Assembly: GCF_963921235.1 (NCBI RefSeq)
Contig: NC_086097.1
Coordinates: forward strand, 10,664,001-10,728,000
Length of the DNA stretch: 64,000 nucleotides
Source of the DNA: Mobula hypostoma
Taxonomy: Eukaryota
Direction: 5' to 3'
Positions 1-11,570 of the stretch are shown in pieces. The notes below the pieces were generated by a model that did not search any database, was not told the DNA's origin, and saw only the letters and a list, made by a program, of their open reading frames with translations. Position numbers and translations under genes: made by a program. How positions within the stretch are numbered: the stretch's first letter is position 1; every line of letters starts with the position of its first letter.

Positions 1-1166
1 TGAAAAATAGCAGATGGAATCATTTTGGTAAGACCATCCAGGGTGGGTCTTACACAGTGAGCTGTAGGGCACTGAGGAGTTCTGCAGAACAAAGGGGTCT
101 GGGTATACAGGTCCATGATTTATTGAAAATGGTTTCACAGGTAAATAGGGTCATAAAGAAAGCTTTTGGCACATCAGCCTTCATAAGTCAAAGGACTAAA
201 TTCAGAAGTTGGGATGTTTTGTTGAAGTTGTTTAAGACATTGAGAAGGCCTAATTTAGAGCAAGCTGTGCAGTTTTGGTCACCCATCTACAGGAAAGATT
301 GAAATCACGCAGAGAAAGGTTACAGGGATGTTGCCACAACTTGAGGAGCAAAGTTATAGGGAAAGGTTGAATAGGTCATTATTTCCTGGAGCACAGAAGA
401 TTGAGGAGAGACTTGATAGAAGTATACAAAATTATGGGGGAGGTAGGTAGGGTAAATGCAAGCAGGTTCTTTCCACTGAAGTTGGGTGAGACTAAAACTA
501 GAGGTCATGGGTTAATGGTGAAATGAGCAATGTTTAAGAAAAGATAAGGGGGATCTTCTTCATTCAGAGGGTGGTGAGAGTGTGGAATGAACGGCCAGTG
601 GAAGTTTTGGATGTTGGTTTGATTTCAACAGTTAAGAAAAAATTAGATGGGTAAATTGATGGGAGGGGCTGAAGGCTATGGTCCAGGTGCAGGTCGATGG
701 AACTAGGCAGGATACAGAAACATTCCGAATATTGAAAGGCCTGAACAGATTAGAAATGGCAAAGTTATTTCCCATGGTAGGGGATTCTAGGACAAGAGGG
801 CATGACTTCAGGATTGAAGGACGTCCTTTTAGAACTGAGATGCAGAGAAATTACTTTAATCAGAGGGTCATAAATCTGTGGAATTTGTTGCCAGGATCGG
901 CTGTGGAGGCCAAGTCATTGAGTGTATTTAAGACAGAGATAGATAGGTTCTTGATTAGCCAGGACATCAAAGGATATGGGGTAAAGGCAGGGGAGTGGGG
1001 ATGACTAGAAGAATTGGATCAGCCCATGATTGAATGTTGGAGCAGACCCAATGGGCTGAATAGCCTACTTCTGCTCCGATATCTTATGGTCTTATGGATT
1101 AATAGGTCTGTATGGACTAGGTGGGACAAAGGGTCTGTTTCTGTGCTGTAGTGTTCTTAGACTCTA
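1..1166 (+). mobile_element. Decayed CR1 LINE 3' part (RT C-terminus + 3' UTR), split by a second CR1 at 711-1097
   Basis: ORF 57-302 (KKAFG..AFISQ..FRSWDVLLKLFKTLRRPNLEQAVQFWSP) is a CR1 ORF2 C-terminus. The 3' UTR resumes at 1098 (..GGGTCTGTTTCTGTGCTGTAGTGTTC). Confidence 0.85.
711..1097 (+). mobile_element. 5'-truncated CR1 fragment nested in the preceding CR1; same family as 58140-59021
   Basis: ETFRILKGLNRL..SRTRGHDFRIEGRPFRTEMQRNYFNQRVINLWN; TCTTATGG tail repeats. Confidence 0.85.
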
Positions 1167-1617
1167 ATAATAAACCAAGTTGGGGTTTCTTCCTCCCTTT
1201 TCTACTTCTGCTATCCCCCCTCCTACTTTGTGTTCCCCACTTCCTTTTGCTTGTTTCCTCTTTTATCTCCTACTGTAGTGACCTTTCTGCTTTGAGGAAA
1301 ATCTTGCACAAGTGCTGTGGGTGTGAGTCAGGAGCAGGGATTTGAAATTGCAGAGAATGGAAAGCCGTCGATGTTATGCAGTAGTGTTGCCAGCTGTTAT
1401 GTGATCAATTCAAATGTCAAGTTTATTGTCAATACCAAACATACCTATAAATGCCATGAAATGTTGTTTATTGCACTGTACATTACACACATAACAAACA
1501 TAAATTACATAGACTTAAATTAACATAAATTATGCAAAAACTACACAACAGAATAAACAAAAACTGACATATTGGAATTAGGGTGATGAAGAAAGCTTTT
1601 GGCATACAGGTCTTCAG

Positions 1618-1935
1618 ACACTCATTGGCATTTACCTTGTGTCCTCCATAAATTAGCTACTGAGTGTAAGTTCATCGTCTTCTGCTGCTGTAGCCCATCC
1701 ACTTCGAGGTTGAATGTGTTGTGCATTCAGAGATGCTCTTCTGCACACCACTGTTGTAATGTGTGGTTATTTGAGTTAATGTCAGCTGGAACCAGTCTGG
1801 CTATTCTCCTCTGACTTCTCTCATTAATAAGGCTTTTTGCCCATAGAACAGGCGTCACTGAAAGTTTTTTTTAATGCTTTTCACACCGTTATCTGTAAAC
1901 TCCAGAGACCATTGTTCATGAAAATTCCAGGAGAA
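1618..1935 (-). mobile_element. Partial non-autonomous Tc1-like DNA transposon
   Basis: Homologous to 35460-35740 and to the reverse complement of 5330-5770. Decayed TIR CACTCATTGGC at 1618. Confidence 0.7.
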
Positions 1936-2105
1936 AATGAAAGAGGAAAGACCCAGGGGGAGGTGATAGGCAAGTGAGAGGAAGTTAAGAGGCCAGAGTG
2001 GGGAATAGAAGAAGGGATGAGGGGGAGGGAAAGTTTCTTTTTAACTGAAAGGAGAAATCGATATTCATGCCATCAGGTTGGAGGCTACCCAAACGGAATA
2101 GGAGG
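1936..2105 (-). mobile_element. Penelope-like element (PLE) 3' fragment
   Basis: ATCGATATTCATGCCATCAGGTTGGAGGCTACCCAAACGGAATA is the antisense of the GIY-YIG C-terminus (FRLGSLQPDGMNID), as in other copies here. Confidence 0.75.
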
Positions 2106-2350
2106 AAATAGCAATTGGTTCAATGGACTGAGCAACAAATACGTAACAGTCTTACCAACCCTCACAGAGCAAGATAGAAGGATTCACATGTCGGCCGCTT
2201 CATTTGAATAGAGGGATCAGAAGTGAATGAATGAGGAATTTCACATTCCTGGGTGTAAATATCTCTGAGGATCTACCCTGGATCTCCAAAGAAGGCATGG
2301 CGGTGGCTATATTTCATCAGGAGCTTGGAAAGATTTAATATGTCTCCAAA

Positions 2351-3056
2351 AACATAGAAACATAGAAAACCTACAGCTCAATACAAGCCCTTCGACCCAC
2401 AAAGCTGTGCCGAACATGTCCTTACCTTAGAAATTACCGAGGGTTCACATAACCCTCTATTTTTCTGAGCTCCATGTACCTGTCCCGGAGTCTCTTAAAA
2501 GATCCTATCGTATACACCTCCACCACCACCGCTGGCAACCCATTCCACTCACTCACCACTCACTCTCTGCGTAAAAAACTTACCACTGATATCTCCTCTG
2601 TACCTACTTCCAAGCACCTTAAAACTGTACCCTCTCGCGTTAGCCATTTCAGCCCTGGGAAAAAGCCTCTGACTATCCACACGATCAATGCCTCTCATCA
2701 TCTTGTACACCTCTATCAGGTCATCTCTCATCCTCTGTCGCTCCAAGGAAAGGAGGCTGAGTTCACCCAGCCTATTCTCATAAGGCATGCTCCACAATCG
2801 AGGCAACATCCTTGTAAATCTTCTCTGCACTCTTTCTATAGTTTCCACTTCCTTCCTATAGTGAGGCAACCAGAACTGAGCACAGTACTCCAAGTGAGGT
2901 TTGACCAGGGTCTGATATAGCTGCAACATTACCTCTTGGCTCCTAAACTCAATCCCATGATTGATGAAGCCTGATGCACCATATGCTTTCTTATTCACAG
3001 ATTCAACTTGCACAGCAGCTTTGAGTGTCCTATGGACTCAGACCCCAAAATCCCTC
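2351..3056 (-). mobile_element. CR1 LINE 3' fragment
   Basis: ORF 2549-3013 (LVKPHLEYCAQFWLPHYRKEVETIERVQRRFTRML); (TTTCTATG)n tail at the left end. Confidence 0.9.
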
Positions 3057-3456
3057 CTTCACTTGAAAATTTCTACATATGTACTATGAAAAGCACTCTT
3101 ACTGGTTGCATCGTCTGGTATGGGAGGGTGATTATTGCACAGGATCAAAGTAAGCTGCAGAGAGTTGTAAACTTAGTCATACCTGGCCTCTATAGTATCC
3201 AGGACATCTTCAAGGAGCAATGTCTCAAAAAGGCAGCATCCATCATTAAGGACCCTCATCGCCTAGGTCATGCCCTATTCGCATTGGGCATGGCTTCGGG
3301 CATTCGCATCGCTTCAGGAAGGAGGTACGGAAGCGTGAAGGCACGCACTCAATGATTCAGGAACAGCTTCTTCCCCCAGTCCCCCGCCCCCACTGTCCGA
3401 TTTCTGAATGGACATTGAACCCATGAACACTATCTTACGACTTCTTTTAATTTATG

Positions 3457-3520
3457 TTTTTGCACTACTTATTTAATTTAACATATATATATATGTTAAA
3501 TTAAATAAGTAGTGCAAAAA
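3457..3520. repeat. Perfect 64-bp palindrome centred on (AT)n
   Basis: TTTTTGCACTACTTATTTAATTTAACATATAT is followed directly by its exact reverse complement. Confidence 0.95.
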
Positions 3521-3982
3521 AATATATATACACACATACATACATACACACACACTTACTGCAATTCACAAGTTTTTTCTATTGTTATGCATTGCATTGT
3601 GCATTTCACGACATATGTCCATGTAATTAAACCGGATTTTGACTTTGATTCTGATACTCATTTGGATGATTAGTTTGAGGATATTTCACTTCAAATCTCT
3701 TAATTTCACCTGTATCAGACTGAAAGTTATTTGTTCACGTGGAGTTATTTTTTCTGCCTTGAAGTGCTGAAGACCCATCACTTTCTCTGTGATTCTTAAT
3801 CAGGTTTTAAGCAAAACATGCCATTCTCAATTATCCATAGAAATGAACGAATGGATTCCTTAACAAAATACAGCATTGATGGAGCTGAACAGATACGCAT
3901 TTGGACAAATAAATCAAGCTCAATCCACTTGAGATCTCCAGGGTCTTAAAGCAATTATTTATAATTTTCTACCAGTTGGAAC

Positions 3983-5055
3983 TTCAAAGTTCAAAGTTCA
4001 AAGAACTTTATATGAAAGTACATATATGTCTCCATATACAACCCTCAGATTCATTTTCTTGCAAGCATACATAGGAAACATCATAGAATCAATCAAGGAC
4101 CACACCCAACAGAATGGACAAACAACCCATGTGCAAAAGACAACTATGCAAATACAAAAGAGAAAAGAAAGAAAGAATAACAATAAGTAAATAAGCAATA
4201 CCTATCGAGAACATCAAATCAAGCATCCTTGAAAGTGAGCCAGTAGGATTTAGGAAAAGTTTAGTGATGAGGTGAGTGAAGTTGAGTGACGTTAATCCCA
4301 GTGGTTCAAGAGCCTGATGGCTAAGGGTTAACAACAGATCTGGAACCAGGTAGGTGGGCTGGGTCCTGAGGTTCCAGTACCTCCTGCCTGATGGCAGCAA
4401 TGAGAAGAGAGCATGATCTGTGTGGTAGGGGTCCTTGGTGATAGACGTTGCTTTCTTGCGACAGCGCTCCGTGGAGAAATGTTCAATGCTGGGGAGTGCT
4501 TCACCCATGCTGGACTGGTCTGTATGCATTACTTTGTTAGGATTTTCCATTCAATGACATTGGTATTTCCATATCAGACCACGGTGCAACCAGTCAAGAT
4601 ATATCTCTGCCGTTCATCTATAGAAATTGTCAAAGTTTTGGATGTCATGCCAAATCTTCGCAAACTTCTAATGAAGTAGAGGTGCTGCTATGCTTTTTTT
4701 CATAATTGTACATGTGTACTGTGCCCAGAACAGATCTTCTGAAAAGATAACACTGAGGGATTTAATGTTGCTTACCCTCTTCTCTTCTGCTCCCCCGATG
4801 AGGGCTGCCTCGTGGACCTCTGGGTGCCTCCTTCTGGTCGCTATTCAGTCTCTTGGTCTTGCTGACATTGAGGTGAGAAGTTGTTGTTATGACACCACTC
4901 AGCCATATTTCCACTCTTCCTCCTATATATATATAACCGATTTGTCACCTCCTTTGATTCAGACAACAACAGTGGTGTCATCAGCAAACTTACATTTGGC
5001 ATTGAAGTTGTGCTTAGCCACATAGTCATAAGTATTGTATAAAGTGGGTAGAGCG
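3983..5055 (-). mobile_element. Rex/Babar-type LINE 3' fragment
   Basis: Minus strand: KFADDTTVVV, then LPSIEHFSTERCRKKATSITKDPYHTDHALFSLLPSGRRY; tail (ACTTTGA)n. Confidence 0.85.
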
Positions 5056-5435
5056 ACTAAAATCTACTACAGCATTAAACATGACAGAGGCATACAATGA
5101 CATCAATGCTCAGGACTATGGTCAAACATACACCCAGTGGCCACTTTATTAGGTACACCTGCTCATTAATGCAAATATCTGATCAGCCAGTCATGTGCCA
5201 GCAACTCAATACATAAAAGCATGCAGACACGGTGAAGAGGTTGAGGAAGAAAGGTGATTTAAGTGACTTTGATCTTGAAATGTTTGTTGGTGCCAAACGG
5301 GATGGTTTGAGTACCTTAGAAACTGCTGATCTCATGGAGTGTTCATGCACAACAGTCTCTAGAGTTTACAGAGAATGATGCAAAAAACACAAAAAAAAAC
5401 ATCCAGTGAGTGAAAATACCTTGCTAGTGAGAGAG

Positions 5436-5653
5436 GTGAATCCGTGGAATCTGGTATCACAGGTGGCTGCGGAGGTCATCGTTGGGTGTATTTAAGGCAG
5501 AGGTTGATAGATCTGGATTAGTCAGGACATGAAGGGATATGAGGAGTAGGCAGGCGATTGGGACTGAGAGGGAAATGGACCAACCATGATGAAATGGCGG
5601 AACAGACTCCATGGGCCACATGACCTAATTCTGCTCCAATATCTTATTGTCTT
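5436..5653 (+). mobile_element. Short CR1 3' end nested in the Tc1 element
   Basis: GTGAATCCGTGGAAT..GGGTGTATTTAAGGCAGAGGTTGATAG..ATCTTATTGTCTT. Confidence 0.75.
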
Positions 5654-5892
5654 CTGGAGAATGGCCCGGTCAGTTCAAGGTGACAGTCACTCAAATAATC
5701 AAGCATTACGGCAGTAGCCTGTAAAAGAGTGCTTCTGAGCCCTCAACACGCCAAACCTTGAAGTGGATGGACTCCTCAATACCCAGAGCCTGGACTGACA
5801 CCAACCTACTGCCCTCTACTGTGCTTATGGTCTTGTTTATTATTTATTGTAATGCCTGCACTGTTTTGTGCACTTCATGCAGTCCCGGGTAG

Positions 5893-6728
5893 TGGGTAGT
5901 GGCTCCATATGTCACTACTACAGGGAGTGACAACCCTGCCTTACACGAGTCCCGGGCTCAGCTGGCTCCGGCTGACAGTACCCGGTATAGAACATAGAAC
6001 ATAGAATAGTACGGCACAGTACAGGCCCTTTGGCCCACAATGTTGTGCCGACCCTCAAACCCTGCCTCCCATATAAGCCCCCACCTTAAATTCCTCCATA
6101 TACCGGTCTAGTAGTCTCTTAAATCTCACTAGTGTATCCGCCTCCACTACTGACTCAGGCAGTGCATTCCATGCACCAACCACTCTCTGAGTAAAAAACC
6201 TTCCTCTAATATCCCCCTTGAACTTCCCACCCCTTACCTTAAAGCCACGTCCTCTTGTATTGAGCAGTGGTGCCCTGGGGAAGAGGCACTGGCTGTCCAC
6301 TCTATCTATTCCTCTTATTATCTTGTATACCTCTATCATGTCTCCTCTCATCCTCCTCCTCTCCAGAGAGTAAAGCCCTAGCTCCCCTATCCTCTATGGG
6401 CCCCTATCCAGGGTTACGGAGCCCACTGCCTTGTGGGTATCTTCAGGAGAAGAGAAGGCTAAGGAGTAAACCCTACACAAATCCGGAGTGGAGCCCCTAA
6501 GGTGGTCGGATGACGTATCACGTCACCTCCCGGCAGCTCCTGCAGCCAAGCTGATGCCAAATGCACTGCTTCGCATTCCTTTGGACCACATCCATGAGGC
6601 CGAGAGGGGAATCTCGATGTCTGGGCAGCCCAGAATCTCCATATTCATCGCCCAGGTCTGCGCCCGGGAGAGGCAATTGAGTCCTAAACCGGGCGCATCC
6701 ATTGTCTACTTAGACAGACAGAATCATT
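5893..6728 (+). mobile_element. Non-autonomous RTE-type retroelement (SINE-like), split by a CR1
   Basis: 16-bp TSD ATGCAGTCC(C/T)GGGTAG at 5877-5892 and 6729-6744. Blocks shared with 50025-50415 (CTGCCTTGTGG, GGAGTAAAC, ACAAATCCGGA, CCCTAAGGT). Confidence 0.7.
5989..6394 (-). mobile_element. CR1 3' fragment
   Basis: ORF 6055-6351 MRGDMIEVYKIIRGIDRVD..TRGRGFKV..FFTQRVVGAWN; (TTCTATG)n tail; TAT duplicated at both flanks. Confidence 0.9.
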
Positions 6729-7291
6729 ATGCAGTCCTGGGTAGGTCTGTAGTCTAATGTAGTTTTTGTGTTGTTTTACGTAGTTCAGTGTAGTTTTTGT
6801 ATTGTTTCATGTAGCACCATGGTCTTGAAAGACGTTGTCTCATTTTTACTGTGTACTGTACCAGCAGTTATGGTCGAAATGACAATAAAAAGTCACTTGA
6901 CTTGACTTGATTACAGCAGCAGTATACCATGAACATATCCCCAGTAGTCACTACTTTAAGTATAGGATGTACCGAATAAAGTGGCCACTGAGTGTATATT
7001 GTGTCATAATATTGAGTTAATGAGACCAGGTACTTTTGGCAGGATCATAGACTCGTTGCAGGTTTGGGGACATGGTGAGGGGTTATGTTGCAGACATCAA
7101 GTTGCGAGATTATAAAACATTAAATTTGGAGGCGATGAAAATGTTATTTTTAGTATGAGTAAGGATTCAAAATTATTAAAGGCAGGCAATGCTGTGTATC
7201 TGGGTAATCTGTGCCAGCCATGTTCTAATCTCAGATCATGTTCATACTCTAAGCTTGTATCCCAGAATCAGATTTTTGGATGACATGAAAT

Positions 7292-7574
7292 AGGGTGCAA
7301 CAGTAGCATTGCAGCTAGTGCAACACTACTACTGCTTGTGCCGTTGGGGTTCAGAGTTCAATTCCGGCATCGTCTGTAAGAAAGTTTGAAAGCTCTTCCC
7401 ATAAGCACATGGATTTCCTCCGGGTACTCCAGTTTACTCCCAGAGTCCAAAGATATAACAGTTAGTGGGTTAATTGTTTATTGTAAATTGTCCTGCTATT
7501 AGGCTAAGGTTATATAGTGGGATGCCGGGTGCTGGGCTAGAAGAGCCTGTTCTGCACTATGTCTAAATAAAATA
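7292..7574 (+). mobile_element. HE1-like tRNA-derived V-SINE
   Basis: B box GAGTTCAATTCC, V domain TTTCCTCCGGGTACTCCAGTTTACTCCCAGAGTCCAAAGA, CR1-like tail GCCTGTTCTGCACTATGTCTAAATAAA. Confidence 0.8.
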
Positions 7575-7992
7575 CCATCTAGGTAGTTTCCAGCCCCTTG
7601 GTATGAACATAGAATTCTCCAACTTCCGGTAATTCCCTCCCCCTCCCTTCCTCTATCCCTATTTCACTCTGCCCCCTCCCCACAGCTGCCTATCACCTCC
7701 CTCATGGTTCCGCCTCCTTCTACTACCTATTGTGTTTTCCCCTATTCCTGCTTCACCTTTCCTGCCTATCACCTCCCTGCCTCCCTTTCCCCACCCCTTT
7801 ATCTTTCCCCTTACTGGTTTTTCTCCTGAAACTGACCAGCCTTCTCCTTCCCACCTTCCCCCCACCTTCTTTATAGGACCTCTGCCCCTTCCCTCTACAG
7901 TCCTGACGAAGGGTTCCGGCCCAAAACATCGACTCATTTTTCCCATAGATGCTGCCCGACCTGCTGAGTTCCTGCAGCGTGTTGTGAGTGTT
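7575..7992 (+). mobile_element. PLE 3' end / pseudo-LTR with degenerate hammerhead motif (7899-7934)
   Basis: LGSFQPLGMNIEFSNFR* C-terminus, pyrimidine tract, then AGTC-CTGACGA-AGGGTTCCGGCCC-AAAA-CATC-GACT. Confidence 0.85.
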
Positions 7993-8290
7993 AAAATAAA
8001 ACTTTGTTGACTAGCTGCAGCAGTATAGTGAAAATATAAATCAATATGAATTACAAAAAGAAATAAATACGTCGAAGTAGAAGAATAACAAACTAGTGTT
8101 AATGAGTTCATGAACCATTCAGAAACTCGATGGGGAATAGTCGGTTTCTGAGTTGTCGAGTGTGAATCTTCAGGCTCCGGATAGTAGCTATGAGATGACG
8201 GATGTTGGCTTTTTGAGGCAACGCCTCTTTAAGATGTCCTTGATGGTGGGGAGGATTGTTCGTGTGATTCAGCTGGCTGAGGATTCCACA
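7993..8290 (-). mobile_element. Rex-type LINE 3' fragment
   Basis: Antisense CCCCACCATCAAGGACATCTTAAAGAGGCGTTGCCTCAAAAAG..TTTCTGAATGGTTCATGAAC. Confidence 0.65.
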
Positions 8291-8699
8291 GCTGAGAATG
8301 AAAGGGATATTGATTGCAGTCTTGAAACGGGTATTGATTGCAGTATTGTCCATGTTGAAAGAGCAAGGTTTGACGACAGAATGTGTTTTGTGGAGCTGTT
8401 CTGCAAGCCTGACACCTCATGCACAGTTAAGCTGCACAGCTGAGTCATTGTTCATGAACTTGACATCACTAGAAACAGATATCCATACAAGACGCCTGCT
8501 GCAGGTGCAACACTTGCTCAAGAGAGCAGTCCGTGAATTTCTGTATTCTCACACCAACATTTTACTTTTCAGTCAGCTTCCGATTTTCCTACATGGTGGC
8601 TGTAATGTATCTTTTTTTTTCTCATTCCTCATGCAATTTTGCTGTCCCCTCCTTCATTGTGGAAATTCGTAGAATGACTTTTTTTAATCAAAATCTAAA

Positions 8700-8946
8700 T
8701 ATTTATTTATTTATTTTATCATTTTGGGATCCAGCACGGTAACAGGCCCTTCCTGGGCCCTCACTGCCCAGTTACCCTCCGTGTGATCTATTGACCTGGT
8801 AACCTATATGACTTTGGAACGTAGGAAGAAACCGGAGCACCCGGAGGAAACCCGTGAGGTCATTGGGTAAACATACAGGCAGCAGCAGAATTGAACCTGG
8901 GTCGCCAGTGCTGTAATAATGTTACGCTAACCGCACTCCAACCACG
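8700..8946 (-). mobile_element. HE1-like V-SINE
   Basis: GGAAGAAACCGGAGCACCCGGAGGAAACCC is the antisense V domain; AATTGAACC is the antisense B box. Confidence 0.8.
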
Positions 8947-9325
8947 TCAAAGGTGTCTATTTCACCCCTGGAAGAACGTAAAGGTCGCAGCAACAGATGT
9001 TCCAAGTATATTTCGGTTAGATTCAATTATTTTTCAAAGTTTTCTGCAACTGAAAGACTGCAGTTCATTGTGTGTTAATCATAACTTACTGGAGAGCATT
9101 CACCTCGCCACTTTCCCAAAGGCATAATGAAAATTAGATTTCCATTAGACCTAATCAAAATGATAAACTGCACATAATTTCCTTTTAAATATTGAGAATG
9201 TTCATCAGGGTAGCATTTCATAAAAACAAGGAACATAATGTTCCCAGAACTGAATAACATACACATATGACAGTGCATAATCACGTGTATCAGGTCATGC
9301 ATAAATTGCCATAACCCAGCAATTA

Positions 9326-9696
9326 CATTGATTTGTCCAACTTCCGGTATTTGCCCCTCCCCTTCCCTTCCCTCTTCTTCAGTTCCCCACTTGGCCTCTC
9401 ATCTCCCCGATGTGCCTCTTCCTTCCCTTTCTCCCATAGTCCACTGTCCTCTCCTTTCAGATTCCTTCTCCAGCTCTTTACCTTTTCCATCTATCACCTT
9501 TCAGCTTGTTACCTGCTCCCTCATTCTTATTCCGGCGTTCCCCCCCCCCCACCCCCTTTCCAGTCCTGATGACAGGTCTCGTAGAAACATTGACTGTTTA
9601 TTCATTTCCATAGATGCTGCCTGTCCTACTGAGTTCCCCCAACATTTTGTGTGTATACCTCTGGATTTCCAGCATCTGCAGAATCTATTGTGTTTA
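9326..9696 (+). mobile_element. PLE 3' end with degenerate hammerhead motif (9562-9595)
   Basis: AGTC-CTGATGA..GAAA-CATT-GACT followed by the conserved GATGCTGCCTG..CCAGCATCTGCAGA terminus. Confidence 0.8.
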
Positions 9697-10024
9697 CTAT
9701 AGCCCATGTGTTTATCTCTTGTACCAAGTTCACAACTCATTAGCTGTAAGTATGTATTCAAATAGAGGCCTATCACACTTAAGGTGAGAGCCAATAGTGA
9801 GGGATACAGAAGTTATCTCTAATTGAACTTAATTGCGACCAGAAACATGCTCCCACGATATGTAAGCACTTGACAGCTTGTTGAATTTCCAAATGAATAC
9901 TTATGAAGATAATTCCTAGCTAAATTTTAAATTCCACAAAATAAATCTTCCCATCCCAAGATGTTGTCAATGTTTTGTGGTTACTCTTGAAACCATACTG
10001 TCAAATCAGTTAAGTAACTGGTAT

Positions 10025-11460
10025 TTATGAGTATCTACAAGCATTTAGAGAAGCAGCATTTCATTTGAGATTGTCAACATGACTTTGTCAAGGGCAGGTT
10101 GTGCTTCACAAACCTAAAGGAGTTTTCCAAGGAGGTGCCAAAGCATGAGGTTTAGTAAGTTATTTGACAAGTTTCTCTATAACCTGTCCATAAGGTTATG
10201 AGGACTTAGTTGCCTGGATTAGTAGCTTTCCACCAGAAGGTGGAGGGTATTGTGCCTGAAGGTTGGTGACCAGTGGTGTTCTGCAGGAATGTGTTCTGAA
10301 ACCCATGCTCTTGATGATTTTTATAATTAACCTGGGTGAAGATATGGAAAGGTGCGTTAATAAGTTTGAAGATGACTCGAAGATTGAAGGTTTGTTGTGG
10401 ATAGTGTTGAAGGTTGTCGTACGTTGCAAAAGGATCTACAGTATATAGGCTGCGGTATTAGGCATAGAAGAGACAGATGGCGTTCAATCGAGAAAAGAGT
10501 GAAGTGATACATTTTGGAAGATCAAACCTGAAGGTGGAGTACAACATCAATGGCAAGATTCTAAGCAGCATGGATGAAAAGAAGGATCTTGGGATCAAAG
10601 TCAATTGTTCCTTCAATGTACCACACATGTTGAGAGGGTTGTTAAGAAGGTGTATGGTGACCTGACCTTCGTTAGCAGAGGGATTGTGTTCAGGAGCGAA
10701 AAAGTCATGTTGAGCTCTATAAAACTCTGGTTAGACCACACTTAGTGTTGTGTTCAGTTCCGGTCACCTCATTATAGGAAGGATGTGGAAGATTTAAAGG
10801 ATGCAAAGGAGATTTACCAGGATGCAGCCTGGATTAGAGAACATGTCTTATGAGGAAAGGTTGTGCAAACTGGGGGGATTTCTCTGTTGAACGATAGAGG
10901 TGTATAAGATTTAAGGCATCTTGCGAGACCATGGATCTGCGCCTGGAAAGTCTTCACTCTCCAGGGCGCAGGCCTGAGCAAGGTTGTATGGAAGACTAGC
11001 AGTTGCCTATGCTGCAAGTCTCCCCTCTCCACGACACCAATGTTGTCCAAGGGAAGGGCATTAGGACCCATACAGCTTGGCACCAGTGTCGTCGCAGAAC
11101 AACATGTGGTTAAGTGCCTTGCTCAAAGACACAACACGATGCCTCGGCTGGGGTTAGAAATCACGACCTTCAGATCGCTAGTCGAATGCCTTAACCACTT
11201 GGCCACGTGCCCACACGTATAAGATTATGACAGACATTATGAAAGGACATCCACCACATTTTTCCAAGAGTGGCAATGGACAATACAAGAGACATGTGTT
11301 TAAGGTAAGTGTAGGAAAATTCAGAGGATTTGACAAAGTTACCTTTTTTTAACATAAACGCACTACCAGGGACAGTGGTAGAGGCCGATAAAATACAAAT
11401 ACTTAAAAGGCACATGGACAAAATATAAATATACACAGGCACATTGATGTAAAAGAAAGG
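10025..11460 (+). mobile_element. Decayed CR1 RT and 3' region; hosts a SINE and a full-length CR1, and resumes at ~17821-17922
   Basis: VTSGVLQECVL..IINL..VNKFEDDSK; MAFNREKSEVIHFGRSN. Confidence 0.8.
10912..11216 (-). mobile_element. tRNA-headed CORE-type SINE with RTE-type body and tail
   Basis: 10-bp TSD GTATAAGATT (10902-10911 / 11217-11226); A box TGGCCAAGTGG; CORE-like GTGTCTTTGAGCAAGGCACTTAACC; the 3' ~190 nt are shared with 50217-50410. Confidence 0.85.
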
Positions 11461-11570
11461 AAACATTTTAGAAACATAGAAAACCACCAGCGCGATACAG
11501 GCCCTTCAGCCCAAAAAGTTGTGCCGAACATGTCCCTACCTTAGAAGTTACCAGGCTTACCCATAGCCCA

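Larger units (their letters stand above)
2237..3655 (+). mobile_element. Rex/Babar-type LINE 3' fragment, split by a CR1 (2351-3056)
   Basis: LENFYICTMKSTLTGCIVWYG..QDQSKLQRVV..CLKKAASIIKDPH motif; tail ..ACCGGATTTTGACTTTGATTCTGA. Confidence 0.8.
5771..6910 (+). mobile_element. Rex-type LINE 3' UTR fragment (family of 44615-45402), split by an RTE-type element
   Basis: Homologous to the reverse complement of 44615-45100; AATAAA followed by a (CTTGA)n tail at 6885-6910. Confidence 0.75.
5131..6994 (+). mobile_element. Non-autonomous Tc1-like transposon hosting nested retroelements
   Basis: TIRs CACCCAGTGGCCACTTTATTAGGTACA / TGTACCGAATAAAGTGGCCACTGAGTG with TA on both flanks. Transposase HTH remnant KGDLSDFDLEMFVGAKRDGLSTLETADLMECSCTTVSRVYRE at ~5250-5375. 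Confidence 0.9.

Noticed and set aside
5893..6480. HDV-like ribozyme at the 5' end of RTE-type elements (also 50025)
   Set aside because: Hairpins exist, but I could not build the nested double pseudoknot by eye; a descriptor search is needed.
11140..11216. tRNA genes (also 7292, 47960, 54000)
   Set aside because: These are SINE heads with degenerate B boxes and no full cloverleaf, fused to SINE bodies.
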